Of a DNA stretch of 64,000 bases, positions 59,191 to 64,000 are shown piece after piece. Source of the DNA: the human T2T-CHM13v2.0 reference genome, Homo sapiens; the NCBI RefSeq assembly GCF_009914755.1, contig NC_060930.1. One strand, written 5' to 3'. The number at the start of each line of letters is the position of its first letter. Within the stretch, counting starts at the first letter, position 1. The notes under the pieces are model-generated. The model was not told where the DNA came from and did no database searches. It worked only from the letters and a program-made list of their open reading frames with translations. Position numbers and translations under genes: made by a program.

Positions 59191-60162
59191 GCTGGGTTCT
59201 TTGAGCAGGCGTCTCAAAGTTTAGGTAAGCTTAGGCAAGAGTTGGAGACTTGGAGCAGAAATAATTGGAAAGAAACTTGAAGAATCTTGAAATCTGAGAA
59301 CTTTTAGAATTGGAAAAAGCAGACGTTTTTGAACTTGAGACATTAATAATAATAGAAAGAAGTTCAAACAACAAAGACCCATTTGAAATTTTTAGTTAAA
59401 CAGGAACCTTACTCTTGCAGCAAAGAACACATAAAGGATGTTTCCTCCCCACTCTGGTCTAATTTTTAGATGGCCACAAAGGAGCCACCAAAAAGATGAA
59501 AAAGAGTCATAAGGGCGAGAAAGCCGTGAAATTAAGCAGTGCTGAATTGTTCGTCAAAGGATCCTGGCACGTGGAGGTGAATAGAATCAACTGAATCAGA
59601 AATCTATTAAGATTTTTAGTAAATTGTATTGATAAAGTCATCACAAGCTGAGATTTTTAAAAACTGGCATTTATAAATCAGCCTGAAGGCTCCCAAATGA
59701 CACCAGCAGAACACGGGTTGAAAAAGCAATGTAGGCTTCAAAGAGAACACTTCTCAATGCTTAGTTCAAATATAAAGATAATAGAAAACTCCCAGGGAAC
59801 AGAACCAGGGGCCACAGAGAACTATTGACAAGATAAATAAAGCCGAAGCAGAATCAAAGCAATGGATGTCTTCCATTGCTAAGGCAAGGGGTCTATATTG
59901 TTTCTTCCTGCGAAGATTTCTTATGGCTGCAGACCACGGCTGCTAAGTAGCTCCCATTCTTCCCTCTACCCAAAAGAAATTTTAATTGGAATATAGGTCA
60001 GTGGCCCATGAGACAACACACACATCTGTCCCTGATGGAGAATGTTCTACACCGCCAGGCACAGTGATTGGATGGGACTTTAGGTCAACATCCTTGGAGA
60101 GGCAGTGAGGCATAAAGTGGGTGCTTTATGTGTGGGAAGAAGGCTATATCAGAGAGGCAGGC
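59191..60162 (+). mobile_element. MLT1-type MaLR internal sequence
   Basis: cccagggaacagaaccaggggccacagag..., gatgggacttt..., ending in purine-rich agagaggcaggc next to the LTR. Confidence 0.6.
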
Positions 60163-60636
60163 TGTGGCCGAGATAGCTGGATGCCAATGAATACTTGTAC
60201 TTCCCTTTCCATACTGTAGCTTGGAGATGGTGCCTTGCCAGGGGCCACCATTACCAGTCTCAGCTGTTTCAAGTTGTGGTCATGTGATCAGTACTCACCA
60301 AGAAAATGTGAAAGGAAGAGATGTGTATCATTTCTGGTTTTAGAAGTGAGCATGCCTTCTCTGCCGTCTCTTTATCCTTCTGACTGGATGCAGTAAACCT
60401 GAGATCTGAGGAAATACAGAGCCATGAGATGGCAGGAGTGAGGGTCCCTGAATTACTGCACAAGAGGCAAACTTCCACCACCCAGCAACACTCACATTGG
60501 GCTATGACACAAGAGAAAGAAACATCTTTTTTATTAAGCTACTATATTGTAGGATTTATTTATTATAGCATTAGTATATTAGTATTAGTATATTATAGCA
60601 TTAGCATTATTATAGCATTAATATCACACTAATGCA
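60163..60636 (+). mobile_element. MLT1J-type LTR
   Basis: tgtggccgagatagct...gtggtcatgtga...gggtccctgaattactgca...ctaatgca. Confidence 0.75.
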
Positions 60637-60982
60637 TATATCATATGCACATACCACCTATACACACACACACACCACATACTACTCACAGCCACATACA
60701 CATACATAAAACACACGTATTTTATTATGCCTCACTGGGAGCCTCAGGGACTTCTATGCTGTGCCAATACATGCACCAGAAGGTCCTTATATCCATGATG
60801 CTCTGGATCATTGAGGGGATAGTTATACTTAAGAGAACAAGTTATTGATTAACAGACTGATATTGCAGTTTGGGATTTGTTCAAAATACTTTGCTCTCTT
60901 GAATCTTCTTTCTTTGTAAAGGTCAAGAGCCCTCTTGCTATACATGAATATGGGTGGATGAGGAGTTGAAATAGAAGGAGGT

Positions 60983-61336
60983 TGTACTAGCTCATTTTCA
61001 CCTGGCTATAAAGACATCCTGAGACTGGGTAATTTATACAAAAAAGAGGTTTAATTGACTCACAGTTCTGCACAGCTGGGGAGGCCTCAGGAAATGTACA
61101 ATTATGGTGGAAGGAAAAGCAGGCATGTCTTACATGGTGGCAGGTGAGAGAGACAGCAGGGGAAACCACCACTTACAAAACCATCAGATCTCATGAGAAC
61201 TCACTTGCTATCATGAGAACAGCATGAGGGAAACCACCTCCATGATGCAATCACCTCCCACTGGGTCCCTTCCTCGATATGTGGGGATTACAGTTCGAGA
61301 TGAGATTGGGTGGGGGCACAAAGCCAAACCATATTA
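60983..61336 (-). mobile_element. THE1D/MSTA-type solo LTR
   Basis: tgtactag...ctgagactgggtaattta...aaaccatcagatctcatgagaac...agccaaaccatatta. Confidence 0.9.
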
Positions 61337-61523
61337 GAGTGAACTGGGATATTAGAACCGGGAGTGGATTCATGCGTAATTACATACGTGGAGAAGAGAG
61401 GCAGTTTTCGGAGGTGTCAGTGAGCTGGTAGTAGAATTAGGTTTGGAGGCAGGGCCTGCTAATTCCCTGGTCAATTTTCTTTCTGTCTTACAGGTCTTCT
61501 TCCTAATTTGAAAAGCCACTTAA

Positions 61524-61862
<339 letters not shown>

Positions 61863-62399
61863 TCAACTGCTCTAGTAAAAAGCTTAGTCCTAGAGGAAAT
61901 TAAAATGATGGATAACAATGAAATTTGAGATTACTTGTAAGCGGCAATCATCACACTACACAGAGCTTCACGAATGATTAAATAGAAGTTAGCTGTGACA
62001 AAGAATCAGCACTCACTCTTCACTCATTATGGGATTTATTATTTTCTAAAAAGTGTTTTCCAATTTGCATTTTTAGTATTGAATTTTTTAAGCTCATTGT
62101 TTTTATAAGTTCAAATAAACATTTTAAACATGCCCTGTGACCAATCCTCCTTGAGCTCTGGGCAGATGGCCTTGACATATTTACAAAGATTCTTGAGAAC
62201 ATCAGACATGAACTGGTTTAAATCCTAACTGCACCTCTAAGCCTGTCTGTACCATAACCGTTTCTTAAACAACTTTAGAAGAATAGAAAGCTCTTTTCTT
62301 GACTAACTCTAAATCCTACAACTGTGTCATGGTTCCATTTCTGTCTAGCTCTTTCTGGAGCTTACCTCATTAACAATTCTCACATTCTTTTTTATGTTT

Positions 62400-63075
62400 A
62401 CATTCTCATCTTAGCCTATAAACATGCTTGTGTCTCTTTAAAAACAATTCCCAAACTAAATCTTTAAATCCTGAGCCCACTTCCAGCTAATATCTTGTCT
62501 CCTTCCTTCTCCTAATTATCACCAAAGTTCTGGAGTTTTCCATATTCACTCTCTCCACCTTACCTCACTGCATCATGGGTGTTTTTCCTAAGGTTTTAGT
62601 GATTTCCTAATTCCAAAGCAGTAAAATGATTTTATTTTGCCTCCTTTGACTTCTCTGTATTACTAATTATTAGTTGTGATTCTCTTCTTTGCTCGCCTGT
62701 CTTGGTTCTCCTTCCACCTCTCTGGCTGTACTTTCACCATCTTCTTTACCACCTCCTATTCCCCTTGGGATTTAGGGTTGGAAACAGGAATACAGATAGT
62801 ATCTGGCTCTTGGGGTTATCCTGTGAATGAAACGATATAATTTATATAAAAGTTATGACAAGTACCTGGGACAGAGTTAGTGCTCAGGAAAAATGCAGTC
62901 ACTACTGATGAGTTTATTTTAGACTGGTCAATTTGAAACATTTGTGACATTCTACAGGTAGTTCTAGAAATAAGGGTCTGGATTTCAGGAGTGAGAGCTG
63001 GAGCAGTGGATCTGGATTCATCAGTGCATAAATAGCAACTGAAGATAAGGGAGATTATGAAATTATCCAGGGAGC
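62400..63075. mobile_element. Adjacent L2 (+), MIR (+) and L2 (-) fragments
   Basis: Degenerate motifs (ctccttccacctctctggctg; tacctgggacagagttagtgctca; ggtctggatttcaggagtgag...gcaactgaag). Confidence 0.5.
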
Positions 63076-63480
63076 ATATATTTGTCAGGAAAGACTAGGT
63101 TATGCTGAGATAACTTCTCCAAGTTTTCACGGTTTTAAACAACAAAAGTTTAATTCGTGCTCATGAAATGTGTCCATTGTGGGTCAGGAAGAGGAATTCT
63201 GCTCATTGTCCTCGTTCAAGAACCCAGGCTCCCTGTCCAGCTATCAACTCAAACAAGGACAGTTACAGTGTCACAGGGAAGAGAGCTGTGGAGGGCCTCA
63301 TATTAGCAAGAAAGTGCTCTGGTGTTCAAGTGGCCCAAGTTCCTTTTGCTCACAATTTGTTGGCTAAAACTCATCACAAGGTGCACTCATTTAGAAGTAG
63401 GAGAAGAAGTGCAATTCAACTGCATGTCAGGGAGATGGAGAGCAGGAAATATTTAATAAGTAGCACCAATCACCACCAGA
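63076..63480 (-). mobile_element. MLT1I/K-type LTR
   Basis: gtcaggaaagactaggttatgctg...aaacaacaaaagtttaatt...tgctcacaatttgttggctaaaact. Confidence 0.7.
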
Positions 63481-63564
63481 GTTTTGTCTAGAATGGAAGC
63501 AAAAAGAATACACTACTTAGGAGAATACATTGGATTGCCTTTTGTTATCTACTACTTGTCCCTT

Positions 63565-64000
63565 CCATAATGGTTAATTTTATGTATCAGCTTGAGCAGG
63601 CTGTGGGATGACACGACGGCTGGTAAACATTATTTATGGGTGTGTCTAGGAGGGTAATTCTAGAAAAAATTAGCATTTGAATCAGTAGACTGAGAAAAGA
63701 AGATCACCCTCACCAATGTGGGTAGGCATTGTCAAATCTTTTGATGGCCCAAATAGAATGAAAAAGTGGAGAAAGGGTGAATTTACTCAGTCTTCTTAAA
63801 CCAGGGCTTCCATATTCTCCTGACTTTGAACATCAGAACTCCTGGTTTTTGGGTCTTCAGGCTTCAAAACCTATACCAGCATCCCCTAACACTCACCACA
63901 CTCACTGGTTCTCAGGCTTTTAGTCTCAGACTCAATTACTCCACTGGCTTTTTTTGTTCTCCAGCTTGTATATTGTAGGACTTCAGGGTCTCCATAATCT
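63565..64000 (+). mobile_element. MLT2B/C-type LTR (runs off the window)
   Basis: atggttaattttatgtatcagcttga...aaacattatttatgggtgtgtct...attagcatttgaatcagtagactgag. Confidence 0.9.

Overview
This is primate (most likely human) AT-rich, CpG-poor genomic DNA. It is intergenic or deep-intronic and dominated by interspersed repeats. I see no host protein-coding exon, RNA gene, CpG island or prokaryotic feature. The main structures are: (1) a full-length ~6.16 kb L1PA6-like LINE-1 (30313-36471, minus) with a 12-bp TSD, an intact YY1 site, disrupted ORF1/ORF2 and an open antisense ORF0, nested in an older 5'-inverted L1; (2) a near full-length L1MA-type element (38503-46075, minus) that splits a Zaphod-like hAT transposon within its fossil transposase frame; (3) many solo LTRs (THE1/MST/MLT1/MLT2, LTR8, MER4D, a Gypsy-like LTR), DNA transposon relics (MER2, Tigger3, MER63, MER94, MER104, MADE1), nine Alus, L2/MIR fragments, and GGAA/TATC/CA simple repeats. 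Subfamily names come from recalled consensus sequences and should be confirmed with RepeatMasker/Dfam. I cannot support a genuinely new biological system here. The best testable lead is an L1 antisense-promoter/ORF0 unit pointing toward well-formed orphan + strand exons at 48.7-49.7 kb.
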